Below, piece after piece: positions 48,711 to 60,767 of a stretch of 64,000 bases of DNA. This stretch comes from Microthyrium microscopicum (taxonomy: Eukaryota), in assembly GCA_010405405.1 (NCBI GenBank), contig MU004232.1, positions 193,540 through 257,539 on the forward strand. Reading direction: 5' to 3'. Positions within the stretch are counted from its first letter, which is position 1. Each line of letters opens with the position of its first letter. The notes beneath the pieces were generated by a model, which was not told the DNA's origin, made no database searches, and worked only from the letters and a program-made list of their open reading frames with translations. The translations under genes were made by a program, and so were the position numbers.

Positions 48711-50334
48711 ATGGCTTCATCTCCCGGTGGAAATGGCACTATACAATTCCCAGCCTTCTCGCCGGAATATGACCCCCGATTAAGTGCAGATGCGTATCGG
48801 CGGGACGACCTATCTTTACAGTCGCACGAGGGGTCTCCGGTTATCCCAAACGGTCAACAATGGATGCCAAGGAGAAGTAGTACCAGAGGGACAAGGTGGA
48901 CCGGTCTTGGAATAAATACCACAGCCTCGTCCTCTTATGGCGGGGGCAGACACAAAAGACAAAAGAGTCTGACGGAAGCTTTTCATAACATCCGGACAAG
49001 AAGGAGCGGTAGTGTCAGCCAAAATGCCATGGAGATTGCAGAAGCCTTGAAAGCACCGGTATCGCCTGCTTTAGTGGTAAGTTGTTCTTACAACGTTCCG
49101 GTATAATCGGCATTAATATTTGATCTAGGCTCTCTTCTCAATATGGTATTTTGCCTCTGTCATGTCCAGTACCTCATCGAAACAAATCCTCCTCGCATTT
49201 CCTAAACCAGTTACGCTTACCATATTACAATTCGCCTTTGTATCATCATGGTGTTTATTCCTCAGCTGGCTATCCTCACAGTTTCCGTGGATAAAACGGC
49301 GCATACCTGCTTTGAAAAATGGCATTAAGAAACCAAGTCGATCCGTTATTATGACCACCTTACCCATCACAGGATTCATGATAGGAGGACATATCCTGTC
49401 ATCGGATGCCATTTCGCGTATGGACGTATCTCTTGTTCACACCATCAAGGGTCTCTCTCCACTATTCACGGTTGTCGCATACCGCTTTATATACGGAACC
49501 AAATACTCCACCTACACCTATTTATCACTAGTACCTTTAATGCTTGGTGTAGTCCTTGCATGTAGTACTAACTTCCGCGCAAACTTTCTAGGCTTTATGT
49601 CGGCCTTTGCATCTGCCATATTATTTGTCACTCAAAACATGGTCTCTAAGAAGATCTTCAACGATGCCGAAATAGCAGAAAAAGAGCCAAATTTCACCCG
49701 GAAGCCAGACAAACTCAACCTCCTATGCTATTCATCCCTCCTAGCCCTCCTCTTTACCGCCCCTATCTGGCTCTGGAGTGAAGGATGGCACATAATCGTC
49801 GACTTTTTCAGTGACGCCTCCATCGAACTCACTGGCAAAGCCGGGTCATTTGACCACGGTCGCCTTGCGCTCGAATATATATTCAACGGCACCTTCCACT
49901 TCACGCAATCCCTCGCCGCTTTCGTCCTGCTCTCCATGGTCTCGCCAGTAACCTACTCCGTGGCCTCACTCGTCAAGCGCGTCTTCGTGATTCTCTTCTC
50001 CGTTATGTGGTTCGGCAACCGCGTTACCAAGGTCCAATGGCTTGGCATCGCACTCACATTCCTCGGCCTCTATCTCTACGACCGCACCTCGGACGCCGAA
50101 AAAGCCGATCGTCGCGCTCGCAATGCGGCCCAAAGCACCACACTACTCCCACTCGTCGAGAAGGAATCCCCACCGCATACGACAACTACCTTTCCACGCC
50201 AACCATTATTTGGAGCAGGCGCAAGTCATAGCAAGGAAAATGGGCACCATCCAAACATCAATGGTTGGCTACCGTCTGGAACCAAAGCGGAGGAGACGTG
50301 GAATAGGCGGGAAGTTGTCAATCCTGTTTCATGA
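48711..50334 (+). CDS. sly41: Triose-phosphate transporter family (SLC35E-like) Sly41-like protein
   Basis: RQKSLTEAF...AEALKAPVS; intron 49077-49128; VSLVHTIKGLSPLFTV, KLNLLCYSS, SPVTYSVASLVKRVFVI, GLYLYDR. Confidence 0.9.
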
Positions 50335-50721
50335 GTGTCGTAGAGAGAATTAGCTGTTTAAATCATTGTTTTCATTGAGCATATTGGCAAAACTTATGTT
50401 GTTGTTGTTATATGGTGCAAGATGTGTTCTGTTGAAATATGATCCATGGCCATGAAATGATGTTTTTGTTCTTGTTATCTAGATACTATGAAAATATCCA
50501 CGGATGGCGTTTTCATGGGAAAGGCAACATATTATGATATGGCAATGGCAGGAATGGCTTTGATTAGAAGAGGTCTTAAGATATAATTAGATCTATTTAT
50601 CTACTCAAATTCTTTGGTTTGGTAATGTGTTAGTTGATTGCCCTTCCTGATCCCTCTACCGAAAGTATTGCATTTAGCAGTCATATTCCTGACAAAGAGT
50701 TAGTACTCAAACGGCTTTACA

Positions 50722-51634
50722 CTATAAGCGAATAAGTCTTAGCCCGATCCAGAAAACAGACACACCTTCGCCCCATTGAAGTGCAGAAGGGCCTGCCGGG
50801 GCACTGGGTTTATTGAGCACCAATTGACCATCCGGGAATCCTACAGTCACAAGTCAGCCATTCAGGAAGTTGAGTAAAGCTGAAATACATACGCGAACCT
50901 GCCGTTGCTGTTCCGACATCATACTTGAATTCGGTGCCAACCATATCGTAGACCGCATGGTAGTAAGAGATGACAGCATCCTGGGACAGTGTCTTGGCCT
51001 GGTTGTTCAAATACCTAAGATTAGGCGCCAGTCAGCCATGGTTTTGGAAAGGTGTTGAGACATGGAATGACTTACATGTTTTGTACCCGACCTCCTTTGG
51101 CGATGTAGCCATTATCACAGACACTACCTTTGACGGAGATACAGTGGCTTTGCTGTCTGGAGTGGAGATCTGCAAGACAGCCAACGATTTCTGCATCGGC
51201 ACTGGTGAATACTTGATTGCCTTGCACTACCGCTGATTAGTCCCCAAACCAGCTTATTCGTCGGAAGAGTGCCACATACTATAGCAGATCTCAAAGGGAG
51301 TCATGGACAAAGACTGCTCATTGACATGATAGTAGATGCTTGGCCCACCACCCGGCTGAAACCACCATCCTTGATTAACGCAAATGGGATCCGGTCGATT
51401 GTTGATGATGCCAAAGATCCACTGGGCAATAGCGTCTATTCCGGTCGCGCCGATTTCGCCACGACGCTGGAGATTATTGTCACGACGCTGGAGATTCTTG
51501 GCACGGCTTTGGAGGATCTCATTTCGGCGGGCGTCGATTTCTGCGCGGAGCTCGAGAGTGTTGTTGAGAGAGGCACTGGGGAAGGCTGAGACTACCTGTA
51601 AGAGAAGGACTGCGGAAGAGATGAAGGACGTCAT
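50722..51634 (-). CDS. Small secreted Cys-containing prepro-protein (effector/toxin-like)
   Basis: Signal peptide MTSFISSAVLLLQVVSA; propeptide with duplicated NLQRR Kex2-type sites. Introns 51227-51279, 51015-51075 and 50841-50892 with canonical signals. The frame of the last exon is uncertain. Confidence 0.72.
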
Positions 51635-53164
51635 GGTTAACCAGTAAATATAGAAATGAATTGACACAAATGGAATGGTAATGACTGTGATGAAGGAAGT
51701 AACTGTTTGAAAGCGAATTGGAAGCACTATTTGCAGCAGGTAACAATGGTTTTATATCTCAGGACGACATTTTCGACTTTCAACCACCATTCTATGATGC
51801 CAATTGTGGAAACTGCGATTCGGGGTCGAGCTATTCTATGGGGCCAAAGGCTTATTCTGAGGGATGGCCTAGAACTCACAAGAACGCCATGGTTGAATGT
51901 TGTGGAAGCACTGGCTCGTTTTGTCAAGCATAGTATGTCAAAAACTAGACTATGATAGGGATTAAAGAATGCCAAAGAATGATTAAGTGAGTATAGAGAC
52001 TATTGCAAGCAAATACTTGTCTATGGAAACAGAGCCTCGTCGAGTGTGGTGAAATCTATATGCCAGCGTTGCCAAATACTCCGACCTACGAGAGCGGTTT
52101 CAAACATCAAGTCGGAATTCTCAATCACAACAATTGGCCCAGCTTGATCGCCTACGATGGGGTCCAAGCCAGAGGCCAACAAACCACTAACCGGTGAACG
52201 TAGGCCAGTACTACCCGTGTGGCAGATATGATATGCCAGACAAGCATGTCAGGTATCATGAGGTCTTCTTCGGCGTCTCCATGGTAGCAAACAGTACCCA
52301 CACGAGAGACTCGGATACAGGACTGGCTTGCATCTCGATCGAGCAACGTCATCTCAAGAACAAGCATACAATCTGGACATGACCATGGGCTTGTCATATA
52401 GGCCCAAGCAAGGCTCAACTTCCGATGCATCTGATATGCTTCAGTCCTTGATATGACTCGACGTTCTGTGATCTTGCTATTCTTACATCAAATAGAGCTT
52501 TTCCAGCATATGCAAGATGCATATATCGTTCGTGCGACTGAAATCGCCAATCTCAATTTGTGCCTGGGGCCTCATAGCCCGAAATCATCAGTTGCACCCA
52601 TATATATCTCCACAGCACTCTCCTTCTGCATGCCCCAGCTCTTGAGCACGGTCATAATATGTGAGGTAGCCTTATGCCTTGAGGTCACAGCCTGATGGCG
52701 CTAAGCTCCTCAGTCACCTTACGGGCATATCATTTTGAACCTCTTCAAGATGTTTTGCACCTCAACTTGTTTGGAATATCTCCGATATAATCCGCTGCTT
52801 AGTTCGCTTACTAGCGGGTTCTCTCGAGCTTGGTACTCTACCGCCCACGTTCTTTAACCTCAACCACACTCTCTGCTTGGTTTTTCATAACTTTATCCCA
52901 CATCTTCCCACGCTGCGCCAATCTTTCTTCTTCCTTGCGCCTTCTTCACACATTCTTTGCCAATCGACCAGCATTTGCGAAAGCGCACTTTTCCTCGAGA
53001 CTCCAGTATAATCGCACATCAGCAGTGCGCTTTACCTTAGAGCTCCATCGCTACCTTCTTGTTTGTTTACCCTGCACGTGCTCTTGCGTCTGCGCCAGCA
53101 CAAGCACACCCAGAATTTTTTTAGTATTCCTGACCAGACTTCCTCCGTACTCATAGCCTACATT

Positions 53165-56100
53165 ATGGCCTGGACTTGGTCAGCTCCTCGCGGTATGAGT
53201 AAGTATCAAGCCCGAAGAACCGATGTCTGACGACCATTGCGCTAATGTTTTCAAGCCGGGCAAAAGGCACCTCCTCGCACTGGTCCGTATCGTCGTATTC
53301 AAACTGAGCCTAATGCTCAGCCTGGTTCCGCTGGTGTCGACGCTGTTCGCGTTGCTGATAAGTCGAATGGTCAGTTCCCCAGCTTTATACGCAGATTATG
53401 AAGAAATTCACTGACCATTACTAGCCAAATCTACCCAGATAATAAATACTTCTGTTCCGCCTCAGTCCTCTGCGAATTCGCGAAAGCGCAAAAAGTCCGA
53501 AAGCAATGATGACTCAACAAAGCAGCCGCCAGCTAAGAAGGCTTCATCGATACCGGAGCTTGCAATCCCAACTAGAAGTTCACGCCGCCTTCTTTCTCTT
53601 GATCCTGGTGAAGCGGATATCTTGGTCAACAATAACGCTCTATCAGCACGACCGCAACCCGAGGATCAAGCTATTCAGTCAGCGGAAGAAACCATAACTC
53701 CGAATCGCCGTTCACGTCGTCTTGCTTCGCTCAATCCGGTCGATGCGGGTAGCTCCAGTGTTCCCAACAATACACCATCACTATCGCCATACATTGTGTC
53801 TCTATCTATGCTGGCGCACAATATTAGCGTTCGAGGTGCTTCGACATCTGCAACTGCTTCTCCGAGCACAGATTCTATACTTCCCAGACTAGCTCAGATG
53901 GCACAGAATGATAGTGCTCTCCAGCAGCTCATGAAGCTTGTTGCCAAACACGAAGCTACACCGGAACAAGCTGCTCAGTTTCAACGTCGTATTGATAGGT
54001 TGAAAAGTCAGATGCGAACGGTTAGCCGCGGTCGAGCTGCGGATGATACGATGGCAGCTAGCTTAAGAGGTATCCAAGAATTTGTGTCAAATGAAGCGAC
54101 TGAACTGGTTGGTCCCCGCACCCGAGGCTCACTCACAATCTCTTTCAATGCGAAAGGCCAAGGAAAGCTTCAGATTTCCAACACTGCCAAGAACATTGCA
54201 CCACAGGTGACAACACGAGGTGGAAGTCGTCCTCCCAAAATATCTCCTCGCGACGCTGGTGTTGTAGTCGACGTCGTCAACACAACAACCCAACACGGCC
54301 ATCTTTCTGAGCATTCGCATCTGTCTTCAACTTTGCCAGACTCTCAACCTACTCGGACACCGCAGCTTTTCCCAGAAGAGATAAATCTTGACTCCATCGC
54401 TCCGGAAGAATTCTCATCGCCTTACACGCCTGCTCAGCCTGACAAAGAGCCGCCAGAGTTACTTATCGCCTTCCATAGAGCAATCAACCATATACAAACT
54501 AGACCTAACGACACGATCGACGAGCCAGAGCAGTCGCTTTCTGGAACTCGCACGCAGCCTTCTCTAATCCATAGCTCAAAGGCCAAAGAAGCCAAGCAGT
54601 TGCCTGACACCGAAGCCAAGAATTCGTCGCAAACTGTACGTAAGGCTACGAAATTGCAGCCAAATAGCTTGCTCAAACAGGCCTTGCTGAAGACTACACA
54701 AGAGTTGCGCGAAATGGCGGCAGAAGAAGAGTCGACGCCAGTGGAAGAAGAGTCGATGCCAGTGGAAGAAGAGTCGATGCCAGTGGAAGAAGAGTCGATG
54801 CCAGTGGAAGAAGAGTTGGCGGCAGCGGAAAAAGACTCGACGCCAGTGGAAGAAGAGTTAGCGGCAGTGGAAGAAGAGCCGAATCAATCGGTAGCGGCAG
54901 TAGCTGATTCTCCTCCTGACAAGTTTGGTCCAGATGGCTTCATCTACAGCGGGGATAGACAGCGATTGCTTGCACATATTCTTCGATTGCAGGGACACGG
55001 CGATCTCGTGGCACAAGGACCTTTGGCTATCGTCGAAGTGGTGGAAGACTTCTATTATAAGATGTTCATCGAAGAGTTCCCTGAGGTTGCGCATCGGTTT
55101 GATCAATCAGGTTCAAAACCTATTCGTCTGGCGCAGACCGCAACTAATCAACTCGAAAATGGCAAGAGCAACTCGGAGTCATCCGTCGCGGAGGCGCCAT
55201 CTGGCAACCGTGACAGCTCACTCTCGGAGGAAGCTGACGTTCTGTCCATTGAGGCTGCAGAGACTTTGCAAGAGGAAGTTGCATCTCGCGCTCGTGCTGA
55301 AGGATACACCTTGCGCGAGCGAAAGGATCTCAAGACTCCGATGAAGTATCGGAATGACAACGATAGAACCTTCTACCCAAGCACTCTTCGAAGCAACCTC
55401 CATCATCAAATCCAGAGCTATACGGAGCGACACGCTGGAAATTCTTATCCACGAAACCCCGTGATCGAGCAGATTGCAGCCATAGGTCTCGAAAAGCACA
55501 AGTCGGTCGCCGACCTTCAGGCAGAAGAGGCCGCTGAGAGAACTAAGGGTTCCTCAACAACAGCCGTCAACAGCACTCGAGAGCAAACACCAGAAGGTCC
55601 ACGCCACGTCTACGATGTAACCACCACCATTCGCTCCATCCATGTGTACAAGGTCATTTAGAAAATGCCACACTACACGATGTTGAACTTGAGTTACTGG
55701 GAACATCACAACGACATTGACTTTCTACAGCCTAACACGGATGACCCTGACTTCGACGACGTGAACTGCATTCCCAACACAGCGGAGTACGTCATTGTTG
55801 CTGAAGAGCTGATTGCGGATCCGCACGGTACTGCCGTGTTCTTCGCCGAGCGGAACGACGAACACGACACCTATGATCTCAAGGTGGGTGTCTATTACCA
55901 CTTCGACAAGGTCAATCATACGATTTTTCCATCGTTGAAGAAGTGGGCAGATGATGTGTGCGATATGCCAGTTCTACCTTTGCTGGTCAAGTACGAATCG
56001 ATTCAAACTTACGGCCCAGGTGTTCGTCGATATCGGGATCTCTATCTCCAAATGGGTCGCGCTATTGACGCCGATTTCGAGGACCGTAAGACTGGTCCTA

Positions 56101-56177
56101 AATTGTGTTTCTGGCGCAGCACACAAAACCAGACTCACAAAGTCTATCGTCGGAAGCGCAAGGTCCTGGCTCAGTGA
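53165..56177 (+). CDS. Large low-complexity hypothetical nuclear protein with Swc3-like helical motif
   Basis: Introns 53193-53255 and 53370-53424 join the ATG at 53165 to ORF 53622..55661. ORF 55665..56177 is in the same frame after a single TAG (possible intron 55617-55661). NLS-like RKRKK...PPAKK. Confidence 0.62.
54723..54878 (+). repeat. 21-nt tandem coding repeat (about 7.5 units) encoding EEES(M/T)PV / EEELAA(A/V)
   Basis: GAAGAAGAGTCGA(T/C)GCCAGTG repeated; three identical units plus degenerate ones. Confidence 0.92.
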
Positions 56178-56843
56178 AGGAGAATCGTTGGAAAGGAGGA
56201 GAAACCATGATTCAGTTGTTGCGCGGTGGTAATGGAGGGAGGTCATGGGCGTTTGGATACAGCGTTGTGTGTATGAAGGATTTGTACTATAACGCCCCGT
56301 TGGTCTACGGTCTCTTGGGTTCTGCTTGCGCTTGCTTATTTCTTGTTTGGATCATACGATAGCTTCTTTTTCGACAGCCCAGCTCATCATTTCTCGCTGG
56401 ATTATTGTCTCAGGGCTAATAATGATAACTCTAATTGTGTCAATGCATTTTTCCCGAGGAGACTTACTAGAGCAACATGAAAAAGGAGCATGTCTACGTT
56501 GTTCTCCCGAATTTCATCCAGCAACCAAGCAATGAAAAACAAACCAAGTAGTCTTACAAGATCATCATTAAATCATCAGACGCTTTAATGCTTGGTGAAT
56601 GGAAAGGTAAAGGAGAGAAGGAAGAGATGTAGTTGAGTCGGCCTCGGCTCATGGCCAGACCCAAAAGCGCGTGAAAGACGAGACCAATGACACGTCGTCT
56701 ACCACTTCGACTCTCCAACCACCCGCTTCTCCGTCATTTACTTGTCTACAATTCTATTAGGGCCTCCATCGCTAAACCCCAGTCCCCTTCTCTCTTTTCT
56801 TGTTCGTGTACGTCGCTGGAGCATTTTGCTGTGCGTCGCTTCA

Positions 56844-58182
56844 ATGGAACTCTATCGTCAGGCTTCGGCCTCGACCTATCAGGCATTGGCTGCGCCGGGC
56901 AAATGGTTATCTCACTACGACGAGTTCATAATCAAGAATGCCAGCGCAGTCTCACAAATCGAGTCTGCTCTTAGATCTCTCACCTACATAATTCCCGGTA
57001 TGCTCAACTCTGATTTGTAGCCGCGTACTTGGACTGACCAATTCATAGGACGTTTCCGTGATGCTGAAATCGCATCAGAGTCTCGTAAGACAATCATACA
57101 TTGGATAGGAGAACATCATCTAACAGCAGTCCTATAGTACACTCCTATGTCCAGCTTCTTTCCCTCTACCACGATTCCCTTCTCTCCAAAGCAATCGCCC
57201 GCCTCCCTCTCGCGCGCAAACCCGTCCCCTCACCACACAACCGCTACACCCGCTTCTGGACGCAAAAATCCCCTACATATCGGCGTCTAGCGCTCGTCCT
57301 GCAGATGATTCAATATACCGAGCTTCTCTGGGAAATGGTCGCCAAGCGCCGCGGCGAAAAGACTCGATGGCGCATCATCGTGCTACTCGAGGGCGTCAAA
57401 GCGCTCTGTCGGCTATTACTCCTGCGGTTGACTAATTCTCGACCGCTTCTCAGTCCGCCGCTGCCAGAGCGTGAGGTAGATCCCAGCTCGCTGGAAGAAG
57501 CTCCCGAACAAACTGCAGAGGAACTTGAGGCCGTGCAGTCATACGAGCGGATGCAAGAATCAATGTCCTCAGGCACAGGATCTGGAGATGACACCAAGTG
57601 GACAATGCCACGGACAGGCCTGACACTGCCAAGTCTGCCAGATTCGCAGGACATTTCGAGCTATTTGCTGTCTAAGGTGATGAAAGCGGACGATATAAAG
57701 CCGCCTAAGATGCTGCTTCATCGCGTCAGTGGCAAAGGCGAGATTGCTGAAATGCTGTACATCATACGGCCAGTGATATATGCGCTTGCCATGCAGCACT
57801 GGCGAGGAGATCGCAAGAGTTGGAGGCCCTGGTTGATGGGCATCAGCATTGAGTACGGTGCCCGACAGCTAGCGAAGAATGACTTCCAGGAGCGATTGGC
57901 CGGAGGACTGAGAGGTCTCACTGGTTTGGAGCGCGAAGAGCTGCGGAAACGCGGATGGGCGCTTGGTTGGTGGCTAATGCGCGGTGGGTTCTACGAGAAC
58001 ATTACTCGGTAAGCTGTCTTCAAGCATTTTTCCAGAGTGTCGCTAACGATGTCATTAGTGGTTGGGTCTTGTCACTGATTGGCAAACTCAAAAACAAGCC
58101 AATATTGGATATGGTAGGCGGAATTGCGGAGGACTACGAATTCCTTTGGAATCAGTACTACTTTGCTACAGCTACGATGTAA
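56844..58182 (+). CDS. pex16: Peroxisomal membrane biogenesis protein Pex16
   Basis: YDEFIIKNASAVSQIESALRSLTYIIPGRF, HNRYTRFW, QYTELLWEMVAKRRG, IRPVIYAL, WRPWL, WWLMRGGFY. Introns 56998-57048, 57085-57137 and 58009-58058. Confidence 0.95.
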
Positions 58183-58712
58183 AAGGCATGATGCGTTTCT
58201 CATCTGGTTTTACGCATTTCTTTTGTATACTATGAATCAAGCATTGCGGGACCAGGATTAGCATAAAGACTATGAGATGTGATCTGTCAGGAGAAAGCCT
58301 TGTGTATGTATGAGCAGCAAGTTCATGAGGCGTACTTGGCGCCCGAGGTAGTTGATGATGTTTTCATCTCATGGCTATCTTCCATTCGAATTTCACACCC
58401 TTTTAGAAATACACTGATGAATAAACACGTTAGATAACAAACTTAGATCACTCAAATCTTGATGCCTTGAACGTTTAAACATTAAAAATATACCGAGTCC
58501 AGTCTCAAAGTGATATCACGTGCGGGTTGCTCCTGCTAGACTTCGCCAAGACTTGTAGTTGTACTCCGTAGGCAAGGAAGCTTTGGCGGCAGGCACAAGG
58601 CACATCCAGAACGCGACGACATCTTTACCTGCCATATCACCAACCACCAAATTCCTCTCTTCTCCCCTCTATTCCGCCGTTCACCCTCCCAATTCATCGT
58701 ACATCCATCACC

Positions 58713-59957
58713 ATGCCCGCAACTACATCAGAAACCCTCGATCTCGTCAGCCGGACCGTTTCCATCGCCCCACTCGTCCTCTTGTCAGTCGCTGACCACT
58801 ACGAACGCTCTGCAAAGGGAACCAAGAAGCGGGTTGTCGGTGTGCTACTGGGACAAAATGATTCCAAGGGCGTGAGAGTATCTAACAGCTTTGGAGGTTA
58901 GTTTGTACCTGGTCAAGAGCTTTTATAAGCTTGTACAAGCTTCAATGCTTGATTGTGTGAGAGGCTACGAAGTTGAAGCTAACACGCATCTCCAGTTCCT
59001 TTCGAAGAGGAGGAAAAGGACCCATCCGTCTGGTTCCTTGACCACAACTATGTTGAGTCAATGAATGACATGTTCAAGAAAGTCAATGCTAGAGAACGGC
59101 TCATCGGCTGGTATCATTCGGGCCCAAAGTTGAGAGCTTCCGATCTCCAAGTCAACGAATTATTCAAACGATACACACCCAATCCGCTGCTCGTAATTAT
59201 TGATGTACAGCCCAAAGAAGTCGGTGTGCCAACAGATGCCTACTTTGCCGTAGAAGAAATCAAAGATGTAAGTTTGACACCGTCATCATATACCAGCTTC
59301 TAATGTATACTCTAGGATGGCACAACAACCTCCAAAACCTTCCTTCATACCCCGTCCATAATAGAAGCAGAAGAAGCAGAAGAGATCGGAGTCGAACATC
59401 TTCTACGCGACATCCGCGACGTTGCCGTCGGCACCCTTTCCACCCGCATAACCTCTCAACTCCAATCCCTTCAAGGTCTCCACCTTCGACTCCGCGACAT
59501 TGGCACCTACCTCCAAAAGGTGCTCAACAAAGAACTTCCCGTCAACCACGCTATCCTCGGCAACCTTCAAGACGTCTTCAACCTCCTCCCCAACCTCGGC
59601 ACCGCACCACTCAAAGCCGGCGCTGCACCACCAGACGCCGACACACATGGCGAGCTTGCGCGCGCAATGAGCATCAAAACAAATGACCAGCTCATGGCCA
59701 TCTACCTGTCTAGCTTAATTCGAGCCATCACCGCTTTCCACGATCTCATTGAGAACAAGATTCAGAACCGGCAACAACAGGAAGACAAGGATACAGGGTC
59801 TGGCGCGGAGAAGGATGGAAAGGACAAGGAGAAAGACAAGGTCAACGGCGAGAAGGAGGATGGTGAGAAAAAGGCCAATGGCGTCAATGGCCAGGCCAAG
59901 AGTGATGAGAAGGATAAGAATGGCTCAGCCAAGGGGGGTAAAGGAAAAGGTAGTTAG
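58713..59957 (+). CDS. rpn8: 26S proteasome lid subunit Rpn8 (MPN domain)
   Basis: [12 protein letters not shown]...[57 protein letters not shown]. Introns 58897-58995 and 59268-59315. Confidence 0.97.
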
Positions 59958-60119
59958 AGATGCGTATGATATAATGTGCATAATTAGAGTCAATTCAAGC
60001 ATTGCTTCGGCGCTGCTTGTTTAATGCTGAAGGCTCTACTACTGTGCCATCGCCGCTGTAGTCGCCATGTACTCCCTACATTTCCTGACCTCTGGAACGC
60101 CTCGCATATCTCAAATATC

Positions 60120-60767
60120 TCATCCTCCCCAACCAGCAGCCCACCCAGCCATCTCCTCCACGCCCACAATCTTTTCTTCTACGCCTTGTCCCATCCGCTC
60201 TGCCAAGACGACCGCCAGGAGATGTTTGCAAATCGGAACTCTCTGACCTCTTGACAGACCACCAAACTTCACACTATCCCCATCTCCGATGTTCTCTCCT
60301 TCGTCAACCTCTCCGTCATCCGTGCCTCCTTCGTCGGTCCCGAATCCACCAGCTGGAAAAGCAGAGAACGCAAAAGCCGGACAGGTACAATTCCACGCGA
60401 CCGGCTCAACGCGATAATGCGCGCCGAATGCGTCCGTGAAGCGGCCAGATGGTTGGGTTGAGCGGACGAGGTATGCCGTCACTGCTGAAGTAGTCCCTGG
60501 GGCCGCGGCATCTGGGTCAATAGGCTCGTTGACCGCAGTGAGCTCTTCAGTGGTAGTGACCTGTTCAGTGGGCACGTTGGAGAGAACAAGGCGGGTGATG
60601 AGTTTCCGATCAATGATATCCAGAGCGGGCAGGAATTCGTTGGGAAAGAGGACGTGGAAGGTGAGCAGATGTGTCTTGGTCGTTGACAGGAGAGCTGATG
60701 GAGTCGGTGAGGAGGGGAGAGTAGTTAGGAGGGTAGTTAGCAGGGCGCGGGGCGTTGGCAGGGTCAT
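60120..60767 (-). CDS. sws1: SWIM zinc-finger protein, Sws1/ZSWIM7-like (Shu complex)
   Basis: LLTFHVLFPNEFLPALDIID, YLVRS, and SWIM ligands WNCTCPAF...PICKHLLA separated by an acidic insertion. Confidence 0.75.
   Translation of the reverse strand: MTLPTPRALLTTLLTTLPSSPTPSALLSTTKTHLLTFHVLFPNEFLPALDIIDRKLITRLVLSNVPTEQVTTTEELTAVNEPIDPDAAAPGTTSAVTAYLVRSTQPSGRFTDAFGAHYRVEPVAWNCTCPAFAFSAFPAGGFGTDEGGTDDGEVDEGENIGDGDSVKFGGLSRGQRVPICKHLLAVVLAERMGQGVEEKIVGVEEMAGWAAGWGG

Noticed and set aside
51990..52430. Short plus-strand ORFs divergent from the secreted protein, considered as an immunity gene
   Set aside because: Fragmentary, with no splice model and no recognisable motif.
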